DNA from: Candidatus Krumholzibacteriia bacterium
GTDB taxonomy: Bacteria; Krumholzibacteriota; Krumholzibacteriia; Krumholzibacteriales; Krumholzibacteriaceae
Assembly (NCBI GenBank): GCA_963836185.1
Contig: CAWIIQ010000001.1
Location: forward strand, 1,728,001-1,792,000
DNA: 64,000 nucleotides
Reading direction: 5' to 3'
The notes beneath the pieces were generated by a model that saw nothing but the letters and a program-made list of their open reading frames with translations, had not been told where the DNA came from and ran no database searches. Position 1 is the first letter of the stretch. The number at the start of each line of letters is the position of its first letter. The translations under genes and the position numbers were made by a program. Positions 49,498 through 59,957 of this stretch are shown here, piece by piece.

Positions 49498-50579
49498 CCG
49501 TTCTCCTCTGCTCCGAGAATCGCCAGCAGTCTTCCGGCCACCTTCCCGGGATTGAACTGCCCCCGGACAAGGTCGCCTCCCTCCGTCGCGATGGAACCCG
49601 CGAACTTCCTGTCATCCCTCAGCCTCTTCAACTCCCCCGCGAGAAGGACAGCGTCCCCAGGCGGTACGCATACAAGATGCTTCCCGGGTGTGAATATCTC
49701 CCTTATGGCAGCGGTATCCGCGGTCACGACCGGCCGGCCGCACGCCATGGCCTGATATACCTTGTTGGGTATCACCATACCTGTCTTGGGAGTCGTACCG
49801 AAGACTCCGAGTACGGCATCCGCCTGCGAGATCAACCGGGGAAGTTCACTCTCAGGGACATTTCCGGAAAGCTCGATCTTCCCGCTGTCGAGTCCCTCTG
49901 CCCTCCGCATGAACTCTTCCATCGTCTGCCCGCTCCCTACGATCCGGAATCTGAATCCATCATCGAGCAGCCGGGCCGCCTCTACGATTATGTCGGTTCC
50001 ATGGAGCGGCAGAAAGGAACCGTAGAAGAGGACACGGAAAAGACCGTCCGGCTCACGGTCGGGCAGTCTGTTGAAGACCGTATCATCGTACCCCAGATAC
50101 AGTGTGCTTACCTTCTTCTCGTCGGCATCGAACTCATCGATATAAAACGCCGCATGTGCATCGGTATCAGCGAGGACGATGTCTGACATCCGCATGGTTA
50201 TCTTGTCGATATTCCAGTTATGCTGAGCCTGGGCTGAGCCCTCCTCCGCATCACCCCGGTCGAGTACCCTGGTCTCGTAACGCGAAACGAGTGGATCGAA
50301 AATCAGTCTCCTGCGTGGAACCCTCGACAGCATCCAGGCCAACGGCACGTCCTTGTGCCTGAAATCAGGCACAAAGAGAGGAGACCTTCGTGCCATGCAG
50401 TTGGTGATAAATCTTGCGAGCAGGAGTGGATAACGGAATACGGCCCTTCGTGAGCCGTCGGCACGGCATGAACCGACGCCGACACCGAGCCTCTCCAGTC
50501 CCTTTCTTATGATCGCGTTTCTTGGATAGTCCGGATCGTAGCCGCCGAAGAATACGATCTCGTCAGGCGCGGCTCTCAT
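49494..50579 (-). CDS. Glycosyltransferase family 4
   Basis: YGSFLPLHG and IPNKVYQAMACG. Confidence 0.85.
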   Translation of the reverse strand: MRAAPDEIVFFGGYDPDYPRNAIIRKGLERLGVGVGSCRADGSRRAVFRYPLLLARFITNCMARRSPLFVPDFRHKDVPLAWMLSRVPRRRLIFDPLVSRYETRVLDRGDAEEGSAQAQHNWNIDKITMRMSDIVLADTDAHAAFYIDEFDADEKKVSTLYLGYDDTVFNRLPDREPDGLFRVLFYGSFLPLHGTDIIVEAARLLDDGFRFRIVGSGQTMEEFMRRAEGLDSGKIELSGNVPESELPRLISQADAVLGVFGTTPKTGMVIPNKVYQAMACGRPVVTADTAAIREIFTPGKHLVCVPPGDAVLLAGELKRLRDDRKFAGSIATEGGDLVRGQFNPGKVAGRLLAILGAEENG

Positions 50580-51352
50580 CGGCCTTCCTCCGGCGAGCCT
50601 CGGGAAAGTTCCCTGAGCCAGACATATTTGAAGAATACACTGGCGGCTGCAAGTGAGCACAGAGTCAACCCGGCGCTTCTGTCGAGGAATCCGAGCTGAA
50701 GAAAATACATTCTCAGAAACCTCGCCAACGGCCTGAGGAAAAGCCCGGGGAACCAGTGCCTCCCCTTCCTGTGGAGCTCTGATGCCCCCTTCCTGCTGTA
50801 GCTCTTCAATCGGTCCATATAGTCCTCGAGATCCCTGTAAGGGATGTGGTCGAGTCTCTCACGAAGGCGGCCCGCCACACCTTCGAGCTCGAGACTTTCA
50901 TGGACAGCACGCTCGGGATATCTCCCTCGCCCCCTCCTGAAGAGCCTCAGGACCTTGTCCCGGTCCCATCCACAATGACGGATAGTCGTTCCGAAAAAAT
51001 CGTTTCTGCGGTACAGCCAGAATCCGTTTTCCCGCGCCGACACTATCGCTTCCGCTATCTCATCGCGAAGCCGCGCGGAGAGGAATTCATCCGCGTCGAG
51101 GATCAGGATCCATTCAAGCGTCGCCTTCTCCATCGCCCAGTTCTTCTGGTCCGCATTCGACACAAACTCCCTGGTAAAGACTCTTGCCCCGAATTCTCCA
51201 GCTATACGAAGTGTCGTATCTGTGCTCATCGAATCTACGACGATGACTTCACCGACTCCACGCGCGCTTTCCAGGCACCGGCCGAGATTCTCCTCTTCGT
51301 TCAATGTAGTAACGATAAGAGATATCCTGGCCAGTTCAGTTTCAGTGCTCAT
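50576..51352 (-). CDS. GT2 glycosyltransferase (KdtX/WaaE-like)
   Basis: NEE, VVDSMSTD, LDADE and VHE. Confidence 0.9.
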   Translation of the reverse strand: MSTETELARISLIVTTLNEEENLGRCLESARGVGEVIVVDSMSTDTTLRIAGEFGARVFTREFVSNADQKNWAMEKATLEWILILDADEFLSARLRDEIAEAIVSARENGFWLYRRNDFFGTTIRHCGWDRDKVLRLFRRGRGRYPERAVHESLELEGVAGRLRERLDHIPYRDLEDYMDRLKSYSRKGASELHRKGRHWFPGLFLRPLARFLRMYFLQLGFLDRSAGLTLCSLAAASVFFKYVWLRELSRGSPEEGR

Positions 51353-52428
51353 GCTTCACCGCCGATTACGTCTCTTACCTCGCTGAATACTTCATCGACT
51401 GAAATCATATCCATGCACCTGTTGGGCTCGCATTCCTTGTCCCTGCATCCTTCCGCGCAGTCGAGCCCTTTCCATATGACCCTGTGCAGACTGTTTACAG
51501 GATCCCAGATCCGCGGGTCTGTCGGCCCGAAGAGAGTGACGGTCGGTACGCCGAGCAGGACGGCGACATGCTTCGGACCTGAATCAATCCCGACGAGGAC
51601 CTTCATCCGGCCTATCAGCGCCCCGGCCTCGGCTACTCCCGTAGCAGGCGGAACGATCGCTCCCGGAACCTCCCTTGCGATCCGCTTCGCCAGTTCCTCT
51701 TCTCCCGGGCCCCACATGATCACCGGCCTTATGCCGAGTCCGCCAGATATCCTCCCCGCCAGTTCGATGAACCGGTCAAGCGGCCAGGCTTTCGACGGAT
51801 AGGTCGAGCCGGGAACGATACCCGCGAGATCCCGGTCCGTTTCGCCCAGTGAGCCGATGAAAGAGCTGGCCCACTGCGATCCTTCTGCAGCCGCCGGAAA
51901 CCCGTAAGGTTCATCACCTGAATCGATCCCGTGTCCTTCCTCCCCCTCTGGCAGCCCAAGCATCCGGCAGAGCTCAAGATTTGATTCTATAGTGTAGCAC
52001 CTGATACGTTTTCCGTCCCGTATTATAGTCCTTGGCAGGACTTCGTCATAATAACCGTTACGGCGCCCGGTATCCATCCCGACCTTGAGACGTGCCCCGC
52101 AGAACCGTGTGATCAAGGCGCTTCTCGGCGAGCTGAGCAGATCGATGGCGACATCGGGTCTTCTCTTTCTGATCCGCCTGACGGTTTCCACCTGACCTGC
52201 TGCTCCGTCAGGCAGCGGCAGAACTTCGTCGAGGCCGGTATCGCCGGCGAGAGCTTCGGAAAATCTTTCCTTTACGAGGCATCCGATCCATGCGCCCGGG
52301 AAAGATTCTCTGAACTGCCGGATAAGAGGCAGTGTGAGGACGATATCGCCCAGCGCGAAGAGCCGGATCAGCAGGATAGAATCGATGCCTTCCATATCCT
52401 TGAGATCGATGACCGTCGCGTCACTCAT
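51349..52428 (-). CDS. Glycosyltransferase family 9 (heptosyltransferase)
   Basis: LGDIVL, DSGPKHVA and LFGPT. Confidence 0.9.
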   Translation of the reverse strand: MSDATVIDLKDMEGIDSILLIRLFALGDIVLTLPLIRQFRESFPGAWIGCLVKERFSEALAGDTGLDEVLPLPDGAAGQVETVRRIRKRRPDVAIDLLSSPRSALITRFCGARLKVGMDTGRRNGYYDEVLPRTIIRDGKRIRCYTIESNLELCRMLGLPEGEEGHGIDSGDEPYGFPAAAEGSQWASSFIGSLGETDRDLAGIVPGSTYPSKAWPLDRFIELAGRISGGLGIRPVIMWGPGEEELAKRIAREVPGAIVPPATGVAEAGALIGRMKVLVGIDSGPKHVAVLLGVPTVTLFGPTDPRIWDPVNSLHRVIWKGLDCAEGCRDKECEPNRCMDMISVDEVFSEVRDVIGGEA

Positions 52429-52431
52429 AGC

Positions 52432-53466
52432 CTACCACCCTGTTACCCTGGCCAGCCCGTCGGCGACCTCGCCCTCGGATATATTCTCCAGACATTTCAT
52501 ATCATCACACTCGTGAAGGTGACAAGGCGCGCATTCCGCACCGCTCGTTATCACCTCGAACGGGCCCATCCCGGAGTATGGAAACCACATCTCGCATTCT
52601 GTAGGGCCGAATATTCCGACGGTGGGCAGCCCCATGGCTACGCTTGCATGCATCACTCCCCCGTCGTTGGCGACCAGGGCTCCGCATGCGGCTATCACCG
52701 CGGACGCCTGTCGTATCGGCATTACTGGCATCACTACGGCAGATCCGCCAGTTCCTGATGCTACTCCTTCGGATATGGACTCCTGTCCCGGTCCGCTTAT
52801 AAGCAGGACCCTCGCTCCGAACCTATCTTCGATCAGCCTGGCAAGAGCCGAGAACGAAGAGACGGCCCACCTCTTCGCCGGCCACGTACCTCCAGCCTGA
52901 AAGGCGATGACTCTCCCCGGCATCCGCCCACCGAATGCAGCACTCACTTCGGCTCTGCCGAGCTCAAGTTCCTCTTCACCGAGACAGATCAGGGGACGTT
53001 TCACTGCCGCTTCGCATCCGAGCACCTTGACAGCTGCCAGATGCTGCCTTATAGCGTTCCTGATACTCCTGTCCGCCTCGAAGATATGTGTATAGAGCCG
53101 TCTTCTCCATTTTCTTCCCCCCCCGATACGGACCGGGATGCCCGAGAGCCGAAGGATGTTCGCGCTTCTCGGATTATAGAACAGATCCAAAGCCGCTGCG
53201 AACCGGAGTCTCCTTATCCGCAAGATCGTCGACAAGGTGGCAGACGCTCCTCTGCCCGCTTCTACGATCCCGGCAAGTCCCGGGTGTCTCTCCAGTATCT
53301 CTGAATGGGGTGGTTCGGCCATGTACCATATTTCAGCCTCGGGAAAGCATTCACGCAGCGCGTCTATTACCGGAGTAGTGAGGATGACATCACCGAGGTA
53401 CCGGAGCCTCGTCACAAGTATCCTTAACGGGGCGCCCTTTCTCGCTGAGATCGGGACAGGCTCCAA
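52432..53466 (-). CDS. Glycosyltransferase family 9 (heptosyltransferase)
   Basis: LGDVILTTP, KRW, NDGGVMH and IFGPT. Confidence 0.9.
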   Translation of the reverse strand: MEPVPISARKGAPLRILVTRLRYLGDVILTTPVIDALRECFPEAEIWYMAEPPHSEILERHPGLAGIVEAGRGASATLSTILRIRRLRFAAALDLFYNPRSANILRLSGIPVRIGGGRKWRRRLYTHIFEADRSIRNAIRQHLAAVKVLGCEAAVKRPLICLGEEELELGRAEVSAAFGGRMPGRVIAFQAGGTWPAKRWAVSSFSALARLIEDRFGARVLLISGPGQESISEGVASGTGGSAVVMPVMPIRQASAVIAACGALVANDGGVMHASVAMGLPTVGIFGPTECEMWFPYSGMGPFEVITSGAECAPCHLHECDDMKCLENISEGEVADGLARVTGW

Positions 53467-53467
53467 C

Positions 53468-53947
53468 TTAGTCCTCCTGCCTCAGACGCGAGATGATCCC
53501 CCGGCTCGACCTGTCTTTCGGGTCGCCGGTAATGACGGTTACGCACCCTATCTCCCTGGCCGTCTCTATCTCTGGAACAGTCTCGACTGTATAGTCGGTT
53601 CCCTTGGCGTGAACATCGGGCTTGAGCTTCCTGAGTACACCATCGACCGTGTCTTCCATGAATATCAACACGTAATCGACGAAGCGCATAGCCGACAGGA
53701 TCTCGGCCCGCTCTGCCGCGGGCATGACCGGTCTGCCCTCACCCTTAAGGCGCCTCGTAGAATCATCGTCGTTAATAGCGACGACGAGGAAGTCACCATG
53801 CTCCGCCGCCTCCTCGAGATAACGGACGTGACCTACATGTATGATATCGAAACAGCCGTTTGCCAGAACGACCTTCCTGTCTCCGGACCGCAACCCGTCA
53901 AGTATCCCGGCGAGCCTGCCGGCATCGTTGTATATGACCTCTTTCAT
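53468..53947 (-). CDS. Heptose-1-phosphate adenylyltransferase (HldC/RfaE domain II)
   Basis: NGCFDIIHVGH, LKGEGRP and KGTDY. Confidence 0.92.
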   Translation of the reverse strand: MKEVIYNDAGRLAGILDGLRSGDRKVVLANGCFDIIHVGHVRYLEEAAEHGDFLVVAINDDDSTRRLKGEGRPVMPAAERAEILSAMRFVDYVLIFMEDTVDGVLRKLKPDVHAKGTDYTVETVPEIETAREIGCVTVITGDPKDRSSRGIISRLRQED

Positions 53948-54966
53948 TCAGGCATCCTTCCTCCGCCGTCCAGCAGTGCGGTGAACTGTCGCGACATCGT
54001 ATCACAGACCTTTTCCCAGGTAAAATCGAGGATATCTTTCGCTCCTTCACGTCCCATCGCTGCTGCCCTTTTTCTGTCATCGCAGAGTTTTCTCAGCGCC
54101 CGTCCGATTGAAGATGAGTTCCTCCGCCTGACGACGAGAGAATTGCTGCCGTTGATTGCAAAATCGGTCGTGCCGCTCCTGGTGCATACGAGAGGGAGCG
54201 CGCAGGCAGCTGCCTCCGCGCAGGTATTGCTCCAGCCGGCTCTGTGCTCCGCGGATACGAATACGTCCGCGGAACCATACATCGACGCCATCCTCTCCTG
54301 CGGCAGATCTATGTAGAAACGGAACGGAAGACCCGGGTCGAATCCGGCGCGCGGATCCGGCGATCCCGGCGTCGAGCTGTCGAACAGGATCAGTTCTATA
54401 TCATATCCATCGCGATACATGGATTCGGCGGCCTTTATCACGAACCTCGTTCCTTTCCTCGGCCTCGAAAGCCGCCCGTAGCACATCACCCGGAAGGGCC
54501 CTCCCCCTCCGGCCCTGTCGCCCGGAAGGGGATGGAACAACCCTGGATTTATTCCGCCTCTGCCATCGATCGCGCTCACACCGTATTTTTTCCGCAGCCT
54601 CTCCATCAGGCCCTTCGAGTTGGCCATCAACAGTATCTCTTTAGTCCGGACGATCTCTTTCTCCCGCGCGACATTCTCTATCTGAAAATAGAATACTTTG
54701 AGACTGGCGGGAAATTCCCGGAGCGTTTCGAGATACTCCGGTGAGCCGGTGATCATCACATCGTGATCCCTGTTTACCGCGTCGGAAAACTTCATGCATT
54801 TTCCGCTCAACTCTGTCCAGGCGGGATATTCCCCGTCGGGGGTATAGATGGTGAATTCATCACCTCGCCGTGTGAAGGCCGCCGACAGTTCGACATACCT
54901 TCTGACTCCTCCGAAAAGATATGTATGGGGCAGGATAGCTCCTATCCTCAACTGCCGCCTCCTCAT
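53944..54966 (-). CDS. Glycosyltransferase family 4
   Basis: GGVRR, RKG and GWSNTCAEAAAC. Confidence 0.82.
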   Translation of the reverse strand: MRRRQLRIGAILPHTYLFGGVRRYVELSAAFTRRGDEFTIYTPDGEYPAWTELSGKCMKFSDAVNRDHDVMITGSPEYLETLREFPASLKVFYFQIENVAREKEIVRTKEILLMANSKGLMERLRKKYGVSAIDGRGGINPGLFHPLPGDRAGGGGPFRVMCYGRLSRPRKGTRFVIKAAESMYRDGYDIELILFDSSTPGSPDPRAGFDPGLPFRFYIDLPQERMASMYGSADVFVSAEHRAGWSNTCAEAAACALPLVCTRSGTTDFAINGSNSLVVRRRNSSSIGRALRKLCDDRKRAAAMGREGAKDILDFTWEKVCDTMSRQFTALLDGGGRMPE

Positions 54967-55988
54967 CCTGCTTCCAGTATCGAATCCAGTTTCGACATCA
55001 TCTCGTCAGGCGTAGTGACCGCGGTACCTCTTTTCATGACGACGATAGAGGCGGCCACGTTTGCCGCCAGCATAGCTTCCTGCATCCCCGCTCCAGCGGC
55101 GAGAGTCAGCGCGACCGCGGAAACGACAGTATCCCCGGCACCGGTCACGTCGGTCGCCTCGGGGCTTCCGACCACTCCAACCTTGAGTGTTTTCCTTCGC
55201 GGGCGGAAGAGAGCCATTCCAAGTCTTCCCCTTGTGATCAGGAGAGAATCAGACTGGAGAGCTTTGAGCAGTTTCCTTCCTGTCTTCCTCAAAGCGTCAT
55301 CGGACCCGGGATCGATACCAGCCGCCTCAGCCGCTTCCACCTCGTTTGGTGTCGCGGTTGTAATACCCCTGAAACCGGTCAGTCCGAACCTGGAATCGGC
55401 GACTACAGGGATACCTGAAGCGGAGGCCATATCGATTATCGTCTTCGCGGTTCCGCCGGAGAAGACTCCCTGCCCGTAATCGCTCAGGATGACCGCTCCG
55501 CAACCCCGGAGCCGTTTCTCTATCGAGCGCAGAAACAGCTCCCCGGCCGACCGGGAAAGCGGGGCACGGTTTTCCCTGTCTATCCTGACGATCTGTTGCC
55601 TCTGCGCGTGGAAATCGCCCGCGAGTACCCTTGTCTTCGATGTAGTCAACAGTTTTGCACCGGCGATCATACCGCCGGTATTCACGCCCGAAGAACGCAG
55701 CATATCTCCAAGTCTTTTCGCGGCGTCATCCCTTCCGGTGACTCCCGAGACGACAGCGCGTCCTCCGAGCGCTGCTACGTTTGTCGCCGCGTTGGCAGCT
55801 CCGCCGGGGCACCACGAACTTCCATCATACCGGACGATGACTACGGGAGCCTCTCTCGAGACCCTGTCGGTCGTTCCGTAGAGATACTCGTCCAGGATCA
55901 TGTCCCCAGCGACAAGGATCTTTCGTCCTTTCCAGGAAAGTACAGTCTCCCTTACGCTTCTGTAATCGTCGATCGTAATATCGTTCAC
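54963..55988 (-). CDS. Heptose-7-phosphate kinase (HldA/RfaE domain I)
   Basis: GDMILDEY, SREAPV, GGAAN, SDYGQG and DVTGAGDTV. Confidence 0.92.
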   Translation of the reverse strand: MNDITIDDYRSVRETVLSWKGRKILVAGDMILDEYLYGTTDRVSREAPVVIVRYDGSSWCPGGAANAATNVAALGGRAVVSGVTGRDDAAKRLGDMLRSSGVNTGGMIAGAKLLTTSKTRVLAGDFHAQRQQIVRIDRENRAPLSRSAGELFLRSIEKRLRGCGAVILSDYGQGVFSGGTAKTIIDMASASGIPVVADSRFGLTGFRGITTATPNEVEAAEAAGIDPGSDDALRKTGRKLLKALQSDSLLITRGRLGMALFRPRRKTLKVGVVGSPEATDVTGAGDTVVSAVALTLAAGAGMQEAMLAANVAASIVVMKRGTAVTTPDEMMSKLDSILEAG

Positions 55989-57037
55989 TCTCTGCTCTCC
56001 CTCATGATTTCCATGGCCGCATCGAATACATCATCGATTTTTATATCTCGCAGGCAATGAGTATCGCCCTCGGGGCATTCCTTCCTGAAGCATGGTGAGC
56101 ATCCGGCGCCTGACGTCACGATCCTCGTGCGAGGACCTCGAGGAGATGTCCAAACAGGACTCGTCGAACCGAATATCGTCACGGTCGGCACTCCCATCGC
56201 GGCCGAGACATGCACAGGTCCACTGTCATTTCCAACTACGAGATCAGCTCCCCTCAGGATCGACATCATGTCACCGATCCCGGATCTTCCGGCAAGATTG
56301 AGCGCATTATCATCCGCGCCGGTGATTTTTTCGAGATATTCATATTCGTTTTCTGAACCGACAGTGACAGTACGAAGCGCTTTCTCCTCCCGCAACCTCC
56401 CTGCCAGCGCGGTAAACCTGTCGAGCGGCCAGACCTTCGCAGGCCCGTAGGCCGCGCCTGCGGCGAGGACCACGTAGCTGCCGCCTAGGCCGAAGCTTTC
56501 GAGCCTCTCCTTCCAGTCGTATGGAGGGATGACACATGGTGCGGGTGTCTCGTCCGTCTCAGTTCCACTGTACAGCCTCGCGAATCCCGCGTATTCCGTT
56601 GACAGATGGATCTTCCTGTGGACTCCGGGCGAGACCGGCTCAGTGAGCAGCCAGTCTCTCCCGCTGCTTCTGTAACCGATCCTTCTCGATGTTCCCCCGA
56701 GATACGCTATCAGAGCTGCCGAGAATGACATGGGGAGCAGGAACGCGGCATCCCATCCACGGCCGGGCCTTCCGGCTCGAAGAGCCATTATCGCCCTTCG
56801 GGCCCCGCCGTCTTTTTCGTATGTGATCAGGTTATCGATGAAAGCGCTTCTTTTCAGAAGCTCCGAGACATAGTCCCTGCATAGTACAGTTATAAAATCG
56901 CCAGGATTCTCATTCCTCAGGAGAGAAAGAAACGGCGTCGCCATCACTACGTCGCCGATCCAGTTCGGAGCGAGTACGAGGAGTTCCTTACGCCCTGATC
57001 TGCAGGCTGTAGAGCTTTCGGTAGATCCCTTCCTCAC
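55985..57037 (-). CDS. waaF: LPS heptosyltransferase II (start uncertain)
   Basis: PNWIGDVVM, GAAYGPAKVW, NDSGPVH and FGST. Confidence 0.88.
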   Translation of the reverse strand: MRKGSTESSTACRSGRKELLVLAPNWIGDVVMATPFLSLLRNENPGDFITVLCRDYVSELLKRSAFIDNLITYEKDGGARRAIMALRAGRPGRGWDAAFLLPMSFSAALIAYLGGTSRRIGYRSSGRDWLLTEPVSPGVHRKIHLSTEYAGFARLYSGTETDETPAPCVIPPYDWKERLESFGLGGSYVVLAAGAAYGPAKVWPLDRFTALAGRLREEKALRTVTVGSENEYEYLEKITGADDNALNLAGRSGIGDMMSILRGADLVVGNDSGPVHVSAAMGVPTVTIFGSTSPVWTSPRGPRTRIVTSGAGCSPCFRKECPEGDTHCLRDIKIDDVFDAAMEIMRESRE

Positions 57038-58844
57038 CGATCAACTCCTCATGTGTGCCGATCTGCTTTATCCTGCCGTCCTCCAGGACGACGATGCGGT
57101 CGGCGTTCTTGATAGTCGACAGCCTGTGAGCTATCACGAGTGTTGTCCTGCCGCGCACGAGCCTGTCTATAGCCTCCTGGACCAGCGCCTCGCTCTCAAC
57201 ATCGAGAGAACTTGTGGCCTCATCGAGTATCAGTATCTGGGGATTCTTCAGAAGGGCACGCGCGATAGCGAGCCTCTGCCTCTGTCCGCCAGAAAGCTGG
57301 ATCCCCCTGTCGCCGATCACCGTATCGTACCCTTTCGGCATGGCCTCTACGAATTCATGAGCGTTAGCTGCCCGGGCGGCAGTGATGACATCCTCGCGTG
57401 GACAGTCAGACAGCCCGTATGCGATGTTGTTGAAGACAGTATCGTTGAAGAGGATCGTCTCCTGGGTCACGATCCCCATCAGGGAACGCAGTGATGATAT
57501 CGTGATCAGGGATATATCCCTGCCATCTATCGTTATCCGCCCCGAATCGGGCTCATAGAATCGCGGGACAAGGTCGGCAAGGGTCGACTTGCCGGCGCCG
57601 CTCGCTCCGACCAGAGCGACTACTTCCCCCTTACCGATTCTCAAGTTCACATCGGACAGAACGGGAGTCACTTCGTCGTAGCTGAACTTCACATCCTCGT
57701 AGACGATCGATTCAGTTATCGTATCAATAGTCTCATCCCCTGAGATCTCCTCTTCAGTCGGGATATCCAGGATCTCGAATACCCTCTCTGCGCAGACAAG
57801 TCCCTCCTGTATAAGGCTGTTGAGCTTGCTCAGCGCTTTGATCGGATTGACTACCCAGAGCATCGCGCCGATAAACATCATCAGATTGGCGGGAGCGAGC
57901 TGCTGCTGTACGACTAGACGGCCGCCGTACCACAGGATCACGACAGCGGCGATGATCCCGAGGGTCTCGCTCGTCGGTGACGCGAGGTCGGCGATCCTTC
58001 TCATCTTCGTATATTCACCGAAGTACATACGGTTGAAGTCCCCGAACTTTATCTTTTCGAACCTCTCCATCCCGAAAGCCTTTACGACGCGTACTCCCGA
58101 GATCGTCTCCTGGAGGGTGGCAGTCATGTCGGCCATCCTCTCCTGGGCCCTTCTGCTGCCTTTCCGCAGTTTCCTGCTTATGACAGCGATGAGTGCAATG
58201 TTCACAGGGACCAGGATGATCGTCAGCATCGACAGTTGCCAGGATGTATAGAAGATGATGGCGATCGCTATGATAGTCATCAACCCGTTCCGTATAACGC
58301 TCGCAAGGCCTCCGACAACGGCGCCCCTCAGACTTGTCACGTCGTTTGTTATCCTCGAGATGAGATGTCCCGTCTTCTGCCTGTCAAAGAAGGCCATCGG
58401 AAGCATCTGGATCTTCCCGTACAGTTCGTCCCTCATCGACATGAGTATCTTCTGCTCGAGATAGATCGTCAGGAATGTGCCGAAATATCCGAAGATGTTC
58501 TTGATGAAACTCAGCAAAAAGAAGATTACACAGAATCTCGCGAGTCGTTCTGTCGGCGACCCCTCATATATCAACGCCGTGGCCTGCTTCTGCACCGCGT
58601 CGATCCGTGCCTCAACGCCGTCCGGAATGAGGGGCGAACCGTGATCGCCTTCCTCCCTCTCTTCCACCGGGGCCGGCTCGGTAGAGAATACTATGTTGAG
58701 AAAGGGCGGTATGAGAGTGAGCGAGACTCCGCTGAGGGTCGCGAATACAGTCGTGCATACAAAAAGGATCAAGACCTTCTTCCACCACGGCTTGAGATAG
58801 CCGAGTAGTCTCATATATGTGCGGAAAGGTCCCTGCGCGTTCAT
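56988..58844 (-). CDS. msbA: MsbA-like ABC exporter
   Basis: TM domain plus GASGAGKST, LSGGQRQR and LDEATS; LPS gene context. Confidence 0.8.
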   Translation of the reverse strand: MNAQGPFRTYMRLLGYLKPWWKKVLILFVCTTVFATLSGVSLTLIPPFLNIVFSTEPAPVEEREEGDHGSPLIPDGVEARIDAVQKQATALIYEGSPTERLARFCVIFFLLSFIKNIFGYFGTFLTIYLEQKILMSMRDELYGKIQMLPMAFFDRQKTGHLISRITNDVTSLRGAVVGGLASVIRNGLMTIIAIAIIFYTSWQLSMLTIILVPVNIALIAVISRKLRKGSRRAQERMADMTATLQETISGVRVVKAFGMERFEKIKFGDFNRMYFGEYTKMRRIADLASPTSETLGIIAAVVILWYGGRLVVQQQLAPANLMMFIGAMLWVVNPIKALSKLNSLIQEGLVCAERVFEILDIPTEEEISGDETIDTITESIVYEDVKFSYDEVTPVLSDVNLRIGKGEVVALVGASGAGKSTLADLVPRFYEPDSGRITIDGRDISLITISSLRSLMGIVTQETILFNDTVFNNIAYGLSDCPREDVITAARAANAHEFVEAMPKGYDTVIGDRGIQLSGGQRQRLAIARALLKNPQILILDEATSSLDVESEALVQEAIDRLVRGRTTLVIAHRLSTIKNADRIVVLEDGRIKQIGTHEELIGEEGIYRKLYSLQIRA

Positions 58845-58865
58845 CGAATTCTCCCTGTATTCATT

Positions 58866-59957
58866 CTAGACGGTGATCTCCTCGCCAGTCGCGAGGACCT
58901 CTTCCACCTTGCTGAAGAAGCTTTTGAGTGAGAGCTTCTCCCCTTTGGTCCCCTTGAAGATCTTCACGTTGGGCATATTCTCGGGAATCCATGATTTCCC
59001 GTCATATTTAGTGAACAGCCCTATCGTCGGGACCTTCAACGCCGCGGCAAAATGGAACAGGTTGGTATTGCCCGAGAGGAAGATGTCGCACTGCGACAGG
59101 AGGGACAGAGTCTCGCCGGCATTCGTAGGAATCAGGTCCATGACCTCTCCCTTGAGCTCTCCAGAGATCTTCTGGACAAGTTTCTCGTCCCAGGGGTCGG
59201 TCAACACGAGGAATTTGACCCTCTGCCGTCCAGCAAGATTGTTTGCCAGGTATGCGATGATCTCAGGGATCACCCGGTGCCTGCTCTTGCTCCTGCCTGG
59301 ATCGATACCGACCGTGATGACGCCCTTCTCCGGCTTTCTGAAATGTATCAGCTGCCGGGCATGATTCAGGTCCGCCTGCGGCAGGACTATATCACGCTTG
59401 ACCCCGCCGGTAGGAAGTCCTAGCGATTCTACCAGCCTTACCATCCTGGCTCCCTCATAACCCCTGGAGGAAATCCTCACTTCGAGGTTGATGAAGGGAT
59501 GAGCGAGCTGATGATGGAATCCTATCCTTACCGGCGCGCCGGAAGCGAAGGCGAGTGTATGCCTCTCCATCGAGATACCCCTGCTCAGCAGTATTACCGT
59601 GTCGATATGCTGCTGGCGGAGTTTGCGTACAAGTGCGTAATAGTCGGCCGTAAAGAACCGAAGCTGCTTCCTGTTGTATGTAAGTATCGAATGTACCCTG
59701 AATATACTCCTCGCTATGTCGGAGTCTTCCGAGTTGACGAGCAGTGTTGTCCTTATCCCAGGAAAACGGTCGTGGAACCAGTTCGCCACCGGGGCGGCAA
59801 AGAGAAGGTCGGTGACATCTCCGGAATCGATGAAAAGAAGCCTGGCGGATTCAGTGATCCCTCCAGGAAGAGCAAAAGGCTCCTCCTTGCCCGTATGTTT
59901 GAGGAAATACGAGACCACCTTCGGCACGATCTGCTTTTCGCCGTTATCTCTTCGCAT
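58866..59957 (-). CDS. GT9-like protein (divergent)
   Basis: DLLFAAP, APVRIGF and NTNLFHFAAALKVPTIGLF; ATG at 59957 has a GGAG SD. Confidence 0.75.
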   Translation of the reverse strand: MRRDNGEKQIVPKVVSYFLKHTGKEEPFALPGGITESARLLFIDSGDVTDLLFAAPVANWFHDRFPGIRTTLLVNSEDSDIARSIFRVHSILTYNRKQLRFFTADYYALVRKLRQQHIDTVILLSRGISMERHTLAFASGAPVRIGFHHQLAHPFINLEVRISSRGYEGARMVRLVESLGLPTGGVKRDIVLPQADLNHARQLIHFRKPEKGVITVGIDPGRSKSRHRVIPEIIAYLANNLAGRQRVKFLVLTDPWDEKLVQKISGELKGEVMDLIPTNAGETLSLLSQCDIFLSGNTNLFHFAAALKVPTIGLFTKYDGKSWIPENMPNVKIFKGTKGEKLSLKSFFSKVEEVLATGEEITV